Shown in pieces: positions 1-11,141 of a DNA stretch of 64,000 bases. The stretch covers positions 1,376,001 through 1,440,000 of the forward strand of contig OY969767.1 of the NCBI GenBank assembly GCA_963702895.1. Direction: 5' to 3'. The translations under genes were made by a program, and so were the position numbers. The notes under the pieces were generated by a model. It saw nothing but the letters and a program-made list of their open reading frames with translations, searched no databases and was not told the DNA's origin. Position 1 is the stretch's first letter. Each line of letters starts with the position of its first letter. The DNA is from an uncultured Elusimicrobia bacterium (lineage in GTDB: Bacteria; Elusimicrobiota; Elusimicrobia; 2-01-FULL-59-12).

Positions 1-864
1 AGGGACATCCCCCGTGCACAAAAGGGAACCGGCGCGCCCCACACGAATGGCATCACGAAGAAGATATTCCGCATTTCCCTCAGGCTCCAGACCCAGGGGA
101 TAAGGAAGCGTGATACTGGCCAGGGGATCGCCGAGGAGTTCCTGGCGCTTCAGGCCAAGGAAGTCTTCGTAGATCGAAACGGCAGGGCGATGGTCCAGCT
201 GATAGACCACGCGCCCCAAAGACCGCGTGACTTTTCGCGGGCGCCCCACGGGCAGCCACCCGTGGCGCACGCCAACGCCCAGGCGGATCTCGCGTGAAAA
301 TTGCACGCCCACAAGCCCATCGGTGAGCACTTCGTCGTTGTAGTACTGAAATGTTTTTTGAAAGTAAAAATCATCGCCCGCGCTTGCGCCAGCGACAGAC
401 ACGCGCCGGTCGAGCCTGTTCTTGAGGCCCGCAAGGACTTCCGAGCCGCTCGCCGTGAGCCCGTCAAAGAAGACGAGCATCGATCCCGCAGGGCGGTGGA
501 GCTGTTGTTGGAGAGCGGTGGCCAGGCGTTCCCCCGCGGCAAAAGGCTCGACGGAGAGTTGCCTCTCGACACTCGTGACGCAGCGCCCTTCGCCGAGCAT
601 GAGGCCGATGACGGTCACGGACCTCCTTTTAGGCCCGGCGGTCATGATCCCACCGGCATCGGTACAACCGATGAGCGGCGCCGGACCCGCGACCGAGCGC
701 ACGGCCTTGAGCATTCGGGGATCGGCGAACCGAATCGATGAGAAAACGATCGTGAGGTCGGGCGCGCGCCCTCCCAGGTGCGCCACCACCTCGCGCGCGG
801 CCTCCTGTCCCGCCGCAAAGATATCCGCTTCCGAGCTGGCCCCGACGCCCATCACCACGCTCAT
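1..864 (-). CDS. FIST-domain signal transduction protein (3' end runs off window)
   Basis: Manual translation from ATG at 864 (overlaps the kinase stop): MSVVMGVGASSEADIFAAGQEAAREV...PDLTIVFSS...LIGCTDAGGI, typical of the FIST N domain. Absent from the ORF track because it is truncated. Confidence 0.8.
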   Translation of the reverse strand, partial: MSVVMGVGASSEADIFAAGQEAAREVVAHLGGRAPDLTIVFSSIRFADPRMLKAVRSVAGPAPLIGCTDAGGIMTAGPKRRSVTVIGLMLGEGRCVTSVERQLSVEPFAAGERLATALQQQLHRPAGSMLVFFDGLTASGSEVLAGLKNRLDRRVSVAGASAGDDFYFQKTFQYYNDEVLTDGLVGVQFSREIRLGVGVRHGWLPVGRPRKVTRSLGRVVYQLDHRPAVSIYEDFLGLKRQELLGDPLASITLPYPLGLEPEGNAEYLLRDAIRVGRAGSLLCTGDVP

Positions 865-2321
865 GGAAGAGCCTCCTGGGGACGTTCATCAGGAGGGCGG
901 ATCTCTTTGTCATCGTTGAGAGGAAGCGTAAAGAGAAACCGGCAGCCTTCATGGGCTTCGCTCTCGACCCAGATTTTTCCTCCATGGAGATTGATCAAGG
1001 CGCGGCAAATAGACAAGCCGAGGCCTGTGCCAGGGTTTTTACGGTTGGTTTCATTATCCAGACGATAAAACTTTTCAAAGATCTTCTCCTGCTCGGCAAA
1101 GGCAATCCCTTGGCCTTCATCCTTCACTTCGATGACCACCCCGCCCTTTTGCTGACGCCCGGCGACCCTCACGCAGCTCTGTTCAGGGGCGTATCGCAAG
1201 GCGTTGCCCACCAGGTTGATCAGGACTTGCTCCAGTTTGTCGGGGTCTGCGACCAGACGCGGAAAGTCCGCCGGGAAATCCAGCACGAGACGGACATGCG
1301 AGGCTTTCACGGAAAGCGTCTCGAAGACACGCCCGACGATCTCCGGCACCGAGAGGCGACACCACTGGAATTCCATTCGGCCAGACTCGATGCGCGAGAT
1401 GTCCAAAAGCTCATTGATTAAGCGCGTCAAGCGGTCGGTCTCTTCATTCAACACGCTCAAGTAAACGCGCCGCTTTTCATCCGGGATTTCCTTGTCGTAA
1501 TGATAGAGCGTCACGATGAATCCTTTGATGGCCGTCAAGGGTGTTCGCAGCTCATGCGAGACCAGTGAAATAAAGTTCGACTTGACTTGATCGAGTTCGC
1601 GCAGGCGTTCATTGGCCTCCATCAGGTTGCGCGTCCTTTCTTGGACATTTTCTTCCAAGGTGAGGTTCGCCTGCCCCAGCGCCTCATAGAGACGTGAATT
1701 CTCAACGGCCGTCGAAGCCTGCGTGGCATACATCGCGTAGAAATGACGTTCCGATTCGCTCAGCCGCAGGGTCACATGGGTGCGAGCGCCGATGATGAAC
1801 CCGATGAGACGCGACTTAATTCGCATCGGCAAGAGCAGAAGACTCGACACCTCCAGTGACTTGAGGAGTTTTCCCCAGACCGAGGGAGCGAACAGAGACG
1901 TCTGCAAGTAAACGTCCTCCTGTAAAAGTGCCGGCATCAGCAACTCCTCAAAGTTTTCCAAGAGAAGTGTATATTCATGGCTTGAGAAACCCGTATAGGC
2001 GCTTTGCATCGGACGACGCGAGTGTTGGTCCAAAAAGACAATGCCGCTCTTTTCAAAGTCGAGATCACGCGCCATCGATTCTGAAATCGCGCTCAGAATC
2101 AGCTCGAGATCAAACGTGGAATTGATGCTGGAACCAATGCGGTGCAGGGCATGCAATTGCGAGATTTGCTCATCAAAGCGTTCGTTGGCTTTGTGAAGCA
2201 GATAGTCCGTCCGAATCAAGGTTTTGGCCGTGCGGTCGAGCTCCTCGTAAGCTTTCTTGAGATCGCTTAGTTTGGACTTGTTAGAACGCAGAGTTCTTTT
2301 TGACTTGATATTTCGACTCAT
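861..2321 (-). CDS. GAF-domain sensor histidine kinase
   Basis: GAF-like region, H-box SHELRTPLT, N-box NLVGNA and G-box GTGLGL. Confidence 0.92.
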   Translation of the reverse strand: MSRNIKSKRTLRSNKSKLSDLKKAYEELDRTAKTLIRTDYLLHKANERFDEQISQLHALHRIGSSINSTFDLELILSAISESMARDLDFEKSGIVFLDQHSRRPMQSAYTGFSSHEYTLLLENFEELLMPALLQEDVYLQTSLFAPSVWGKLLKSLEVSSLLLLPMRIKSRLIGFIIGARTHVTLRLSESERHFYAMYATQASTAVENSRLYEALGQANLTLEENVQERTRNLMEANERLRELDQVKSNFISLVSHELRTPLTAIKGFIVTLYHYDKEIPDEKRRVYLSVLNEETDRLTRLINELLDISRIESGRMEFQWCRLSVPEIVGRVFETLSVKASHVRLVLDFPADFPRLVADPDKLEQVLINLVGNALRYAPEQSCVRVAGRQQKGGVVIEVKDEGQGIAFAEQEKIFEKFYRLDNETNRKNPGTGLGLSICRALINLHGGKIWVESEAHEGCRFLFTLPLNDDKEIRPPDERPQEALP

Positions 2322-2354
2322 TATTTAAAAGTCTAGCCTCTGTCCGAAGGCATT

Positions 2355-4352
2355 TCAACGCTTTTTTCGAACGGACATTTGTTGAATCTCCTTGATTTTA
2401 TCGCGAAAAACAGCAGCCAACTCAAACTGGAGGCTCTCGGCGGCTTCCAACATCTGTTTCTCCAGGTACGCCAGGAGCAAGGGGACTTGATCAGGATGCA
2501 GATGTGGATCAACAGGGAAGGCGAAGAGATGCTTCATATGGGCCCCATAGGCTTGAATCTGAAACTCCTCGAGCTCCTGGATCGATTTTTGAACGGTCTG
2601 CGGGGTGATGTGGTGCTCCTTGTTATAGGCGAGCTGCTTTTGGCGCCTTCGATCCATTTCCTTAAGCGCCCGTGTCATGGACCCCGTCCTTTTGTCCGCA
2701 TAAAGGATGACCCGGCCCTTCACGTTTCTGGCAGCACGACCGCAGATCTGGATCAGGGTCGTTTCGCTGCGGAGGAAACCTTCTTTATCCGCGTCCATGA
2801 CGGCCACGAGGGACACCTCCGGCAGGTCCAAACCCTCCCGCAAGAGGTTGATCCCCACGAGCGCGTCGAAATTGCCCTTGCGGAGGTCTTTTAGGATTTC
2901 GATGCGCTTGAGCACCTCAATATCGGAATGAAGATAGCGAACGCGCAATTTTTTTCCTTTGAAGAAATCCGCGAGGTCTTCCGCCATACGTTTCGTGAGC
3001 GTGGTGACCAGGACCCGTTCATGGCTGGCAGCGGTCTCTTGGATCTCGCGCCAAAGATCATCCACTTGGCCCTCAATCGGGCGGATCTCCACGGCGGGAT
3101 CGACGAGACCGGTGGGACGAATGACCTGCTCGACAATAGCGCCCCCGGTCTTGTGGAGCTCATAAGGGCCGGGCGTGGCGGACACATAAAGGGTCTGAGG
3201 CACGAGCCTCTCAAACTCGCTGAATTTCAAAGGCCTGTTATCGAGCGCCGAAGGCAACCGAAAACCGTAATCCACCAGGGTCTGCTTGCGTGAGCGGTCC
3301 CCCTCATACATCCCGTTGATTTGAGGGACCGAGACATGGGACTCGTCAATCACGAGGAGGAAATCGCGAGGGAAGTAATCCAGAAGGCAGGCCGGCCGCT
3401 CACCCGGCGCGCGGCCAGAAAGATGGCGCGAATAATTTTCAATCCCGCTGCAGAAACCCATTTCGAGCATCATCTCCAGATCAAACCGTGTCCTCTGCTC
3501 AAGACGTTGGGCTTCGAGGAGTTTCCCCTGGCTCTTCAAGAACGTGATTTGCTCTTCCAGCTCCTTGCGGATTGACGCCGCAGCGGCTTCCAATTCCGGT
3601 CTTGTGCTGACGAAATGCCGGGCAGGGTAGATATAGACGCGCTCCTTCTCGGCCAACACGTCTCCCGTGACGGGATGGATTTCTTTGATGCGCTCAACCT
3701 CATTGCCCCAGAGTTCAACGCGCAATCCGGTTTCAAGGTAAGCGGGAAAGATCTCGAGGGTATCGCCCTTGACACGGAATTTTCCGCGGGAGAACTCCAC
3801 CTCGTTGCGCTCATAATGGATGGCGATCAGGCCCTGCAGGAGCTCTTCACGGGCCATGGACTTGCCCTTCTCAACGCTCACGCACATCGCTTTATAGTTT
3901 TCCGGAGAACCTAAACCATAAATACAAGAGACGGAAGCGACAACAATGACGTCCCGGCGCTCCAGGAGCGAGCTTGTCGCCTTCAGACGCAGACGATCGA
4001 TGTGGTCATTGACCGAAGAGTCTTTTTCGATGTAGGTGTCCGAGGCAGGCACATACGCCTCCGGCTGGTAATAGTCATAGTAGGAGATGAAATACTCGAC
4101 GGCGTTTTGCGGAAAGAATTGTTTGAACTCGGCGTAGAGTTGAGCCGCCAGGATCTTGTTGGGAGACAAGACGAGCGTCGGACGATTGACCCGGGCGATG
4201 ACATTGGCCGCGGTAAAGGTCTTCCCGCTGCCCGTGACCCCCAGGAGCACTTGGTGTTTCGCGCCTTCGTTTAATCCCTTGACCAATTCTTCGATGGCGA
4301 AGGGTTGGTCGCCCGAAGGCCGGAACGGTGAAACGAGCTCAAAATCAGCCAT
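2355..4352 (-). CDS. uvrB: Excinuclease ABC subunit B
   Basis: [31 protein letters not shown] and C-terminal UVR motif. Confidence 0.98.
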   Translation of the reverse strand: MADFELVSPFRPSGDQPFAIEELVKGLNEGAKHQVLLGVTGSGKTFTAANVIARVNRPTLVLSPNKILAAQLYAEFKQFFPQNAVEYFISYYDYYQPEAYVPASDTYIEKDSSVNDHIDRLRLKATSSLLERRDVIVVASVSCIYGLGSPENYKAMCVSVEKGKSMAREELLQGLIAIHYERNEVEFSRGKFRVKGDTLEIFPAYLETGLRVELWGNEVERIKEIHPVTGDVLAEKERVYIYPARHFVSTRPELEAAAASIRKELEEQITFLKSQGKLLEAQRLEQRTRFDLEMMLEMGFCSGIENYSRHLSGRAPGERPACLLDYFPRDFLLVIDESHVSVPQINGMYEGDRSRKQTLVDYGFRLPSALDNRPLKFSEFERLVPQTLYVSATPGPYELHKTGGAIVEQVIRPTGLVDPAVEIRPIEGQVDDLWREIQETAASHERVLVTTLTKRMAEDLADFFKGKKLRVRYLHSDIEVLKRIEILKDLRKGNFDALVGINLLREGLDLPEVSLVAVMDADKEGFLRSETTLIQICGRAARNVKGRVILYADKRTGSMTRALKEMDRRRQKQLAYNKEHHITPQTVQKSIQELEEFQIQAYGAHMKHLFAFPVDPHLHPDQVPLLLAYLEKQMLEAAESLQFELAAVFRDKIKEIQQMSVRKKR

Positions 4353-4369
4353 GCCCTATTATAGAAGGC

Positions 4370-4731
4370 TAGCCGGGAATCTGCAGTTGTCGTCATCCCG
4401 GTGAAAACCGGGATCCAGTCCATCGTCGTTGAACTGGTCCCCGGCTTTCGCCGGGGTGACGGCACTAAAAAGGCTAGCCGGGAATCTGCAGTTGTCGTCA
4501 TCCCGGTGAAAACCGGGATCCAGTCCATCGTCGTTGAACTGGTCCCCGGCTTTCGCCGGGGTGACGGCACTAAAAAGACTAGCCGGGAATCTGCAGTTGT
4601 CGTCATCCCGGTGAAAACCGGGATCCAGTCCATCGTCGATGTACTGGATACCGGCTTCCGCCGGTATGACGGCACTAAAAAGACCAGACGTGTCAGTTGA
4701 TTAACCACGGTCACCCGAACTTTTCGGGCTA
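4370..4731. repeat. MITE-like element holding three tandem 105-bp units, each with a REP-like palindromic doublet
   Basis: Units start near 4370, 4475 and 4580. Each has GTCATCCCGGTGAAAACCGGGATCCA...CCGGCTTYCGCCGGKRTGAC. Ends are TAGCCGGGAA and TTTTCGGGCTA. Confidence 0.85.
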
Positions 4732-4769
4732 AGCGTGCTTCTTCGGTGACAAGGGAGGAGTGTGGGGCT

Positions 4770-5150
4770 CTAAGCGTCGGGGTATTTTTCCAGGGTTTGG
4801 CGTATGAGCGACAAAAGCTCATCCAGGTCGACGGGTTTTTTGATATGCGTGACGCGGCCCATCGCTTCGACGGTCGGGAAGACCTTGGCGGAGACCTCAC
4901 CGGTGAGCAGGATGATGGGGATGCCTTGGGAGTCCTGCTGAGCGCGGATCATCTCAGCGGCTCGGATGCCGTTGGTCATCGGCATGTTGACATCCAGAAG
5001 AATGAGGTTTGGCTTTTTCGTCCTGGCCAGATAAACCGCGGCCTGACCGTCATAGCCTTCGAGGGTCTTGAAACCCTCCTGCTGCAAGCCTTCCCTCAGA
5101 AGATTGACGAGGGAAGGGTCATCGTCGATGATCAGGATGGTGGCGGACAT
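4770..5150 (-). CDS. Single-domain response regulator
   Basis: ILIIDDD...LLDVNMP...LT...KP receiver motifs. Confidence 0.92.
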   Translation of the reverse strand: MSATILIIDDDPSLVNLLREGLQQEGFKTLEGYDGQAAVYLARTKKPNLILLDVNMPMTNGIRAAEMIRAQQDSQGIPIILLTGEVSAKVFPTVEAMGRVTHIKKPVDLDELLSLIRQTLEKYPDA

Positions 5151-5167
5151 AAGCAAGCAATGTTAGC

Positions 5168-6229
5168 TCAGTCTGAGCTCCTCGTCAAATGGCTGACGAG
5201 TCTTTCGGCCGCGCCGGTGCTCCACTCCTTGGGACCTGGGCCGGGTTTCGGCCCTGGCCGCTGGAGCAAGAATTCAACCAAGCGAGCGGGGGACAGATCA
5301 TGCTCAAGGACCATCGCCCCAAGCCCCGCGTCAACGAGGACTTTCGCGTTGCGGACCTGATGGTCGTCAGTGGCGAAGGGATAGGGAACAAGCAGAGCCG
5401 GGCGCTTGGCCACCAGAAGTTCGGCGATCGTCGACGCCCCGGCCCGACAGATCACAAGATCGCATGCCGCATAAGCACTGGCCATCTCATGACAGTAAGG
5501 AAGGATGTGGGCGACGCAAGGCAAATTCTGGTAAAGCTGCTCGACCCGTTTGTAATCGGTCCCTCCCGTGACATGGAGCACCTGGAACTTGACGCCTTTG
5601 CGAAGGAGATCATTCCACGCCTCGATCACGACAGTATTGAGTTTCTGCGCTCCGAGGCTCCCTCCGAAGACCAGATACGTGGTCGTCTCAAGTTCGAGGC
5701 CGAAGCATCGCCTGCCGGAGGTCCGGTCCACCTGGCCCATCTCGGAACGAATGGGAAGACCGGCGACCCAGGTCTTCGTTCGTGGAAAAGCCCCGAGGCT
5801 CTCTTCAAAGCTCACCGCCACAGACGAAGCGACGTGTCCAAGAAGCCTGTTCGCGAGTCCCGGCACGACATTTTGCTCATGAATTAAACTCTTCATCATC
5901 AGCAGGCGCGCCAGAAGGACCGCCGGCACGGAAAGATATCCCCCCATGCCAACGACCCCGTCGGGTCTGTGGCGCAGGAAAAAGAGGAGAGCCTGAAGTG
6001 TTCCCAGAATAAACCGGAAGGGAAAGCTCAGGAGCGTCACGCCCAAGGAGCGAGGGAAGCCTTGGCCAGAGATCTCATGGACGGGAAAACCTTCCTTCTC
6101 AAGAATAGCCTTGCCCAGATCGCCGCGTCGGACCATGAACACCACCTCGTGTCCCACGAGCGCCCTCGCCAGAGCGATCCCGGGATAGAGGTGCCCGCCC
6201 GTGCCGCCCGCTACGATGACAAACCTCAT
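5168..6229 (-). CDS. murG: Lipid II GlcNAc transferase MurG
   Basis: GGTGGHLYP, HEQN, GGSLGA, RAGAST. Start set at the ATG overlapping the ftsW stop. Confidence 0.95.
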   Translation of the reverse strand: MRFVIVAGGTGGHLYPGIALARALVGHEVVFMVRRGDLGKAILEKEGFPVHEISGQGFPRSLGVTLLSFPFRFILGTLQALLFFLRHRPDGVVGMGGYLSVPAVLLARLLMMKSLIHEQNVVPGLANRLLGHVASSVAVSFEESLGAFPRTKTWVAGLPIRSEMGQVDRTSGRRCFGLELETTTYLVFGGSLGAQKLNTVVIEAWNDLLRKGVKFQVLHVTGGTDYKRVEQLYQNLPCVAHILPYCHEMASAYAACDLVICRAGASTIAELLVAKRPALLVPYPFATDDHQVRNAKVLVDAGLGAMVLEHDLSPARLVEFLLQRPGPKPGPGPKEWSTGAAERLVSHLTRSSD

Positions 6230-7365
6230 CTGCGCCTCCGTCGTCGGGAAGCGGTGGGCTGCGGGGGACGTTGGGCCACCGCCTGCGAAGAAATATTGAG
6301 GAGAATGCCGGCCGCGGCGAGCGTAATGATCAACGAGGACCCTCCAAACGAAACAAAGGGCAAAGGCAATCCTTTGGTGGGAAGGAGCCCGCAGGCGGCG
6401 CCCATATTGATGGCGGCCTGAAAGAGGACCCAACAGGTAATGCCGGCCGCCATCAGCTGTCCAAAAAGGTCAGGGGCTTTTCTGGCCACCTTCCATCCTC
6501 GCAGCCCCCAGGCGACAAAAAGCAAGACCACCCCCAGAGCGCCCACGAAGCCTAACTCTTCACCGATGACGGGAAAGATGAAGTCCGTATGAGGGTCCGG
6601 CAAATACAGCATCTTGAGTTGTGAGGCGCCCAACCCCTTTCCGAAGAGTCCCCCCGAACCAAAAGCCATGAGCGACTGTGTCAGCTGATAACCCGTACCG
6701 CTGGCGGTGGCCCAGGGGTTGAGAAAGGTTGTGAGCCGTTTCAAACGATAGCTCACGTGGAAAAGCTCGTAATAGAGAGGCACGGCCGCAAGTCCGGCGA
6801 GCGCAGCGAGATGCAAAACCCGCGCACCCGAGAGAAAGAGCAGGATGATGCCCGTCGCCACGAGGAGGATCGGCGTCCCCAGGTCTGGCTCTTTGAGGAT
6901 GAGAGCACTCACAAGGCCAAGCATGGCGATCGGCGGCAAAAAACCTTTCCGGAAGTCCGTGATTTGACTCCGGTGCCGGTCGAGGAAGTCGGAGAGCCAG
7001 ACCAGGGTGGCCAACTTCGCCAGCTCCGACGGCTGCACGTTCATAAACCCAAGCGGGATCCAGCGCCGGGCCCCCTTGACGACAGGCCCCACGACCAGGA
7101 CGACGACCAAGAGAACGACGGAGATGACGAGCAGGGGCATCGCGGCCTTCTGCCACCTGTGATAATCGATTCGCATGCAGACCAGAAGCGTCATCAGACC
7201 GAAGACGTCCCAGAGGAGCTGCTTGCGAAGGAAAAGGTACGCGGACCCAAAGCGCTCTTCGGACATCCCCGCGCTCGCCGAAAAGACCATGACGAGCCCC
7301 AGACCCAAGAGCAAGAAGGTGAGAAAGAAAAGCGGTCGGTCAATATGGAACAGCTGTTTTTTCAT
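6226..7365 (-). CDS. ftsW: SEDS peptidoglycan polymerase FtsW
   Basis: GARRWI, QPSELAK, PDLGT, PHTDFIF, LPFVSFGGSS; dcw context. Confidence 0.95.
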   Translation of the reverse strand: MKKQLFHIDRPLFFLTFLLLGLGLVMVFSASAGMSEERFGSAYLFLRKQLLWDVFGLMTLLVCMRIDYHRWQKAAMPLLVISVVLLVVVLVVGPVVKGARRWIPLGFMNVQPSELAKLATLVWLSDFLDRHRSQITDFRKGFLPPIAMLGLVSALILKEPDLGTPILLVATGIILLFLSGARVLHLAALAGLAAVPLYYELFHVSYRLKRLTTFLNPWATASGTGYQLTQSLMAFGSGGLFGKGLGASQLKMLYLPDPHTDFIFPVIGEELGFVGALGVVLLFVAWGLRGWKVARKAPDLFGQLMAAGITCWVLFQAAINMGAACGLLPTKGLPLPFVSFGGSSLIITLAAAGILLNISSQAVAQRPPQPTASRRRRRR

Positions 7366-8678
7366 CGAAGCTGAAGGACCAGCGTCTTAAAATCCCGGCC
7401 CCGCTCTTCGTAATTCTGATACTGGTCAAAGCTGGCGCAGGCGGGGGACAGAAGCACGACATCACCCTCGCGCGCGAGCTGCCCGGCGCGTTGAACCGCC
7501 CTGGGCATGGTCCGCACATGCTCCACCGGCACCACACCACCGAGCTCCCTGGCAATGCGGCGGGCGTCTTCCCCAATGAGGAGCAAGTGCCGTACTTTTT
7601 TTTGGACGGGCCTCTTGAGCGGCGCATAAGGGGACCCTTTGCCTTGCCCCCCCATGATCAACACGAGCGGCTGTTCAAAGGAATCCAAGGCGACGCGCGT
7701 GGAATCCACATTGGTGGCTTTCGAATCGTTGACGTAGCGCACTCCGTTGAAGGTCCGCACCCATTCCAGGCGGTGCTCCACGCCCGGGAAAGACGTCAGG
7801 ACTTGACGAAGAATGTTCTGGGAGACGCCGCCTGCCGTCGCCATGGCGACGGAGGCCAGGATATTTTCGATGTTATGGGGGCCCGGCAAGAGCGTCTGGA
7901 GTCGCCACCGGGCACGTCTGCCCCCCCAACGGATGACCAGGTCGCGCTTCGACCAAAAGACGCCGGAGCGCAGCGTCTTGGTTCGGCTAAACCAAAAAAG
8001 GCGTGCCTGACAGGACCGGGCAAGACGCCGGCACCAGGGATCGTCGGCATTGAGCACACAGACCTCACGGGCGCTTTGATTTTCAAAGATCTTGCCCTTG
8101 GCTCTGGCATAAGCGCGCATCGTCCCATGATGCTCAAGATGATCCGGCGTAATGTTTAAAATCGCGGAGATCTGCGGCCGGAACGCGTGGATGTTTTCGA
8201 GCTGATAGCTGGACACCTCCGCCACGACTGTGTCACGGGGCTTGCTCTTTTGAACAAGATCGGAAAGAGGCGTTCCAATATTGCCTCCCACCCAGGTGCG
8301 TTGTCCTGCGGCTTTAAAAAACTCCCCGACCAAAGTGGTCGTGGTCGTTTTACCATTGGTGCCGGTGATCGCCAGAAGCTGACGGCAGGCCAGATGCCGA
8401 TAAGCCAACTCCAGCTCACTCCAAAGGGGCACCCGGCTTTGCGCCGCCCGCTGAAGGATCGGGAGATGCGACGGGACGCCCGGGCTGCGTACGATCAGGT
8501 GGCTTTGGAGCAGACGCGTGGAATGTTTGCCGGATTCAAAGGCGACCTGCGGCGGAAGTTTCCCTTGGATCTTGCCGCGTTCACTGAGGAAGACTTGAGC
8601 ACCAAGCCGTCGCAAGAGCCGGACGGCCGCCAGCCCCGATCGCCCAGCACCGATGACCCCGACCTTGAGCCCTTTCAT
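7362..8678 (-). CDS. murD: UDP-MurNAc-L-Ala--D-Glu ligase
   Basis: GTNGKTTT, EVSSYQL, NDSKATN, LSPACASFDQY. Confidence 0.96.
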   Translation of the reverse strand: MKGLKVGVIGAGRSGLAAVRLLRRLGAQVFLSERGKIQGKLPPQVAFESGKHSTRLLQSHLIVRSPGVPSHLPILQRAAQSRVPLWSELELAYRHLACRQLLAITGTNGKTTTTTLVGEFFKAAGQRTWVGGNIGTPLSDLVQKSKPRDTVVAEVSSYQLENIHAFRPQISAILNITPDHLEHHGTMRAYARAKGKIFENQSAREVCVLNADDPWCRRLARSCQARLFWFSRTKTLRSGVFWSKRDLVIRWGGRRARWRLQTLLPGPHNIENILASVAMATAGGVSQNILRQVLTSFPGVEHRLEWVRTFNGVRYVNDSKATNVDSTRVALDSFEQPLVLIMGGQGKGSPYAPLKRPVQKKVRHLLLIGEDARRIARELGGVVPVEHVRTMPRAVQRAGQLAREGDVVLLSPACASFDQYQNYEERGRDFKTLVLQLR

Positions 8679-8687
8679 GCTGGATGA

Positions 8688-9766
8688 TTATCGCAGTTTG
8701 AGTGAGGCGAGCGCGATCAACGCGAGAACAATCGCGATAATCCAGAACCGGATCGTGACTTTGGATTCCGGCCACCCGAGAAGCTCAAAATGATGGTGGA
8801 GGGGCGCCATTTTGAACACACGACGCTTATGGACACGGAAGACGTAGACTTGCAGGAGGACGGAGAGCGCCTCCGCAACAAAGACACCGCCGACGATAAC
8901 GAGCAAGAGTTCTTGTTTAACCATGAGTGCCACCACGCCAATGGCCCCGCCGAGAAATAAGGAGCCTGTGTCACCCATAAAGACTTCCGCCGGGTGCGCG
9001 TTATACCAGAGAAACCCGAGACAGGCCCCAATGAGCGCCGCAAGGAATACGCTGAGCTCTCCCGCCCCGGGTACGGGGACGATGCGCAGGTATTCCGAGA
9101 ATTTCGCGTGACCGGCGAGATAGGCGAAGATGCTGTAGGTGAGCGCCGTGATCACAAGCGTGCCGCAGGCCAGGCCATCCAGACCATCGGCGAGATTCAC
9201 CGCATTCGAGGACCCAATTAAGACAGCGATGCTGAATGGAATGTAGAGCGAACCCAGATAAACGAACCAGGCCTTGGAGTAGGGAATGCCCACGGAGGTG
9301 GCGTAGGCGGCATTCGGAGGGTCGAGGTAGAGATAGGCAGCCACAGCCAGCCCCAAGAGGAGCTGCACGCCCATTTTAATCGAAGGTGTAAGGCCGTCCT
9401 TTCGGCTCTCCCTGGCTTTGAGAAGATCATCCACATACCCCAGCAGACACAAGACCGTGCAGGTCACCAGGCACACCAGAACAAACCGGTCGGACAGGCG
9501 CGCCCACAACAAGCAGGAGCTCGCCATCGCCAAATAGATGATGAGACCGCCCATTCCAGGCGTGCCCGCTTTTTTTGATGCTGGGCCGGCGTATCGGCCC
9601 GCACCTTGTAGGAGCGTTGGCCCTTCAGCCAGCGGATGACGGGCGGTGCGACGAGCATCGAGACGATCAAGGAGGTGAGGAAAGCACCCGCCGACCGAAA
9701 GGTGATGTACTGGAAGATATTGAGCGGCGAAAAGAAAGGCTTAAGAAGATAAAGATGATAAAGCAT
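8688..9766 (-). CDS. mraY: Phospho-MurNAc-pentapeptide transferase, split by a 1-nt frameshift at an A7 tract (9570-9576)
   Basis: ORF 9464-9766 gives the N-terminus (FQYITFRS) and ORF 8688-9554 the rest (NLADGLDGL, FMGDTGS, MAPLHHHFE). One extra A restores HQKKAGTPGMGG. Confidence 0.92.
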
Positions 9767-11141
9767 GGGTGACCTCTTCGAGTTTCATACGTCGCGACGC
9801 TTTAAAGAGTATGGCGGTCTTGGTTTCATTTGCAAGGGCTTGCTGAAGGGCCTCGATCAGCTTCACTTTCTTCCGGTAGCGCTCGACAGCGCCTTTGAAA
9901 TGGGCCGCGAGGGCGCCTTCCTGAATATACCGGGCGTCTCGTCCATAAAGATACAGGCGCTCAAGCGGCCACGGGGCCAGCCACTGCCCAAGCTCCCGAT
10001 GTTCCTGCGGGGCCCCGGGCCCGAGTTCCCGCATATCGGAAAGCACCAACCACTTGGGGCGATCGGGGTAACTGCGGCAGAAGCTTTCGATCGAGGCCCT
10101 CATGGAAGAAGGGTTCGCGTTGTAAGCGTCATTGACCAGCGTGATCTGCGCGCGGGTCGTACGGACTTCCATACGCATCGCTGTCGACTTGAACTGTTGG
10201 AGTCCCCCGACGATCATGTCGGGCGAAATCCCAAGCGCATAGGCGAGCGCCGCCGCCGCAAGGGCATTTTGGACCTGAAGGACCCCGCTCACCTGAAGCA
10301 CGACAGGATAGGCGGCGGAGCCGAGCTTGAGCGTAAAACGCAGCGGCGAGGGATAGGCCACAATCGCTTCGGCTCTCACGTCCGCCTCAGGCGCAAGGCC
10401 ATACGTCACGACGCGGCGCGCCAGAGCCGGCCGGCATTCTTTTAAAAGAGGATCATCCAGGTTGATGACCGCGATGCCGTCGTGCGGGAGGGCGTCGAAG
10501 AGCTTGCGGTTTTCTCGCACGACACCTTGCGGGGTTTTAAAGGACTCCAAATGGTCCTTACCGACGTTGGTGATCAGAGCCACCTGAGGCCGGAGCAGAT
10601 CGGCCAGAAGATCCATATCGCCAGGCATGGAAGTTCCCAACTCCAGGAGGGCGTAACGGTGGTCCGGTTCCCACTCTGTGAGCATCAAAGGAAGACCGAT
10701 ATGATTGTTGAGGTTCCCGCGAGTGGAGAGCGTTTTTCCGGACCTTTGGAGGATGAGCGCCAGCATATCCTTCGTGGTGGTCTTGCCGTTGGAACCTGTG
10801 AGCCCGATAAAGAGCGTGTGGTCCGCTTGGCTCCTGACCATGCGCGCCGTGTCCTGGAGGGCCTTCAGTGTATGGCCCACCTGAATCACATGGGTGGTCC
10901 GGTCCACATCAAAGTCCAAACCCGCTTCCAAGCGATCGACCACGAGCGCCTGGGCCCGCTTGCGGGAGGCCACTTTCAGAAAGCGGTGTCCATCGAACCG
11001 GGGTCCGCGGAGCGCAAAGAAAATATCCCCGCTTTGAAGCGTTCGTGTGTCAATGGAGACTTTCCGGCAGGGCGTTTGGGGATAACCCAGTACGAGACGC
11101 CCGCCCGTGGCCTTGACGATCTCTTGCACGCACACGTTCAC
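9741..11141 (-). CDS. murF: UDP-MurNAc-tripeptide--D-Ala-D-Ala ligase
   Basis: TGSNGKTTTK, NLNNHIGLP, NDAYNANP, KASR. Confidence 0.95.
   Translation of the reverse strand: MNVCVQEIVKATGGRLVLGYPQTPCRKVSIDTRTLQSGDIFFALRGPRFDGHRFLKVASRKRAQALVVDRLEAGLDFDVDRTTHVIQVGHTLKALQDTARMVRSQADHTLFIGLTGSNGKTTTKDMLALILQRSGKTLSTRGNLNNHIGLPLMLTEWEPDHRYALLELGTSMPGDMDLLADLLRPQVALITNVGKDHLESFKTPQGVVRENRKLFDALPHDGIAVINLDDPLLKECRPALARRVVTYGLAPEADVRAEAIVAYPSPLRFTLKLGSAAYPVVLQVSGVLQVQNALAAAALAYALGISPDMIVGGLQQFKSTAMRMEVRTTRAQITLVNDAYNANPSSMRASIESFCRSYPDRPKWLVLSDMRELGPGAPQEHRELGQWLAPWPLERLYLYGRDARYIQEGALAAHFKGAVERYRKKVKLIEALQQALANETKTAILFKASRRMKLEEVTHALSSLSS

Noticed and set aside
4370..4684. 105-bp tandem units as a CRISPR array
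   Set aside because: Whole units are near-identical with no unique spacers, and no cas genes are nearby.
4271..4900. 209-aa ORF with 35-aa repeats
   Set aside because: It is the translation of the 105-bp DNA repeats and overlaps uvrB and the response regulator.
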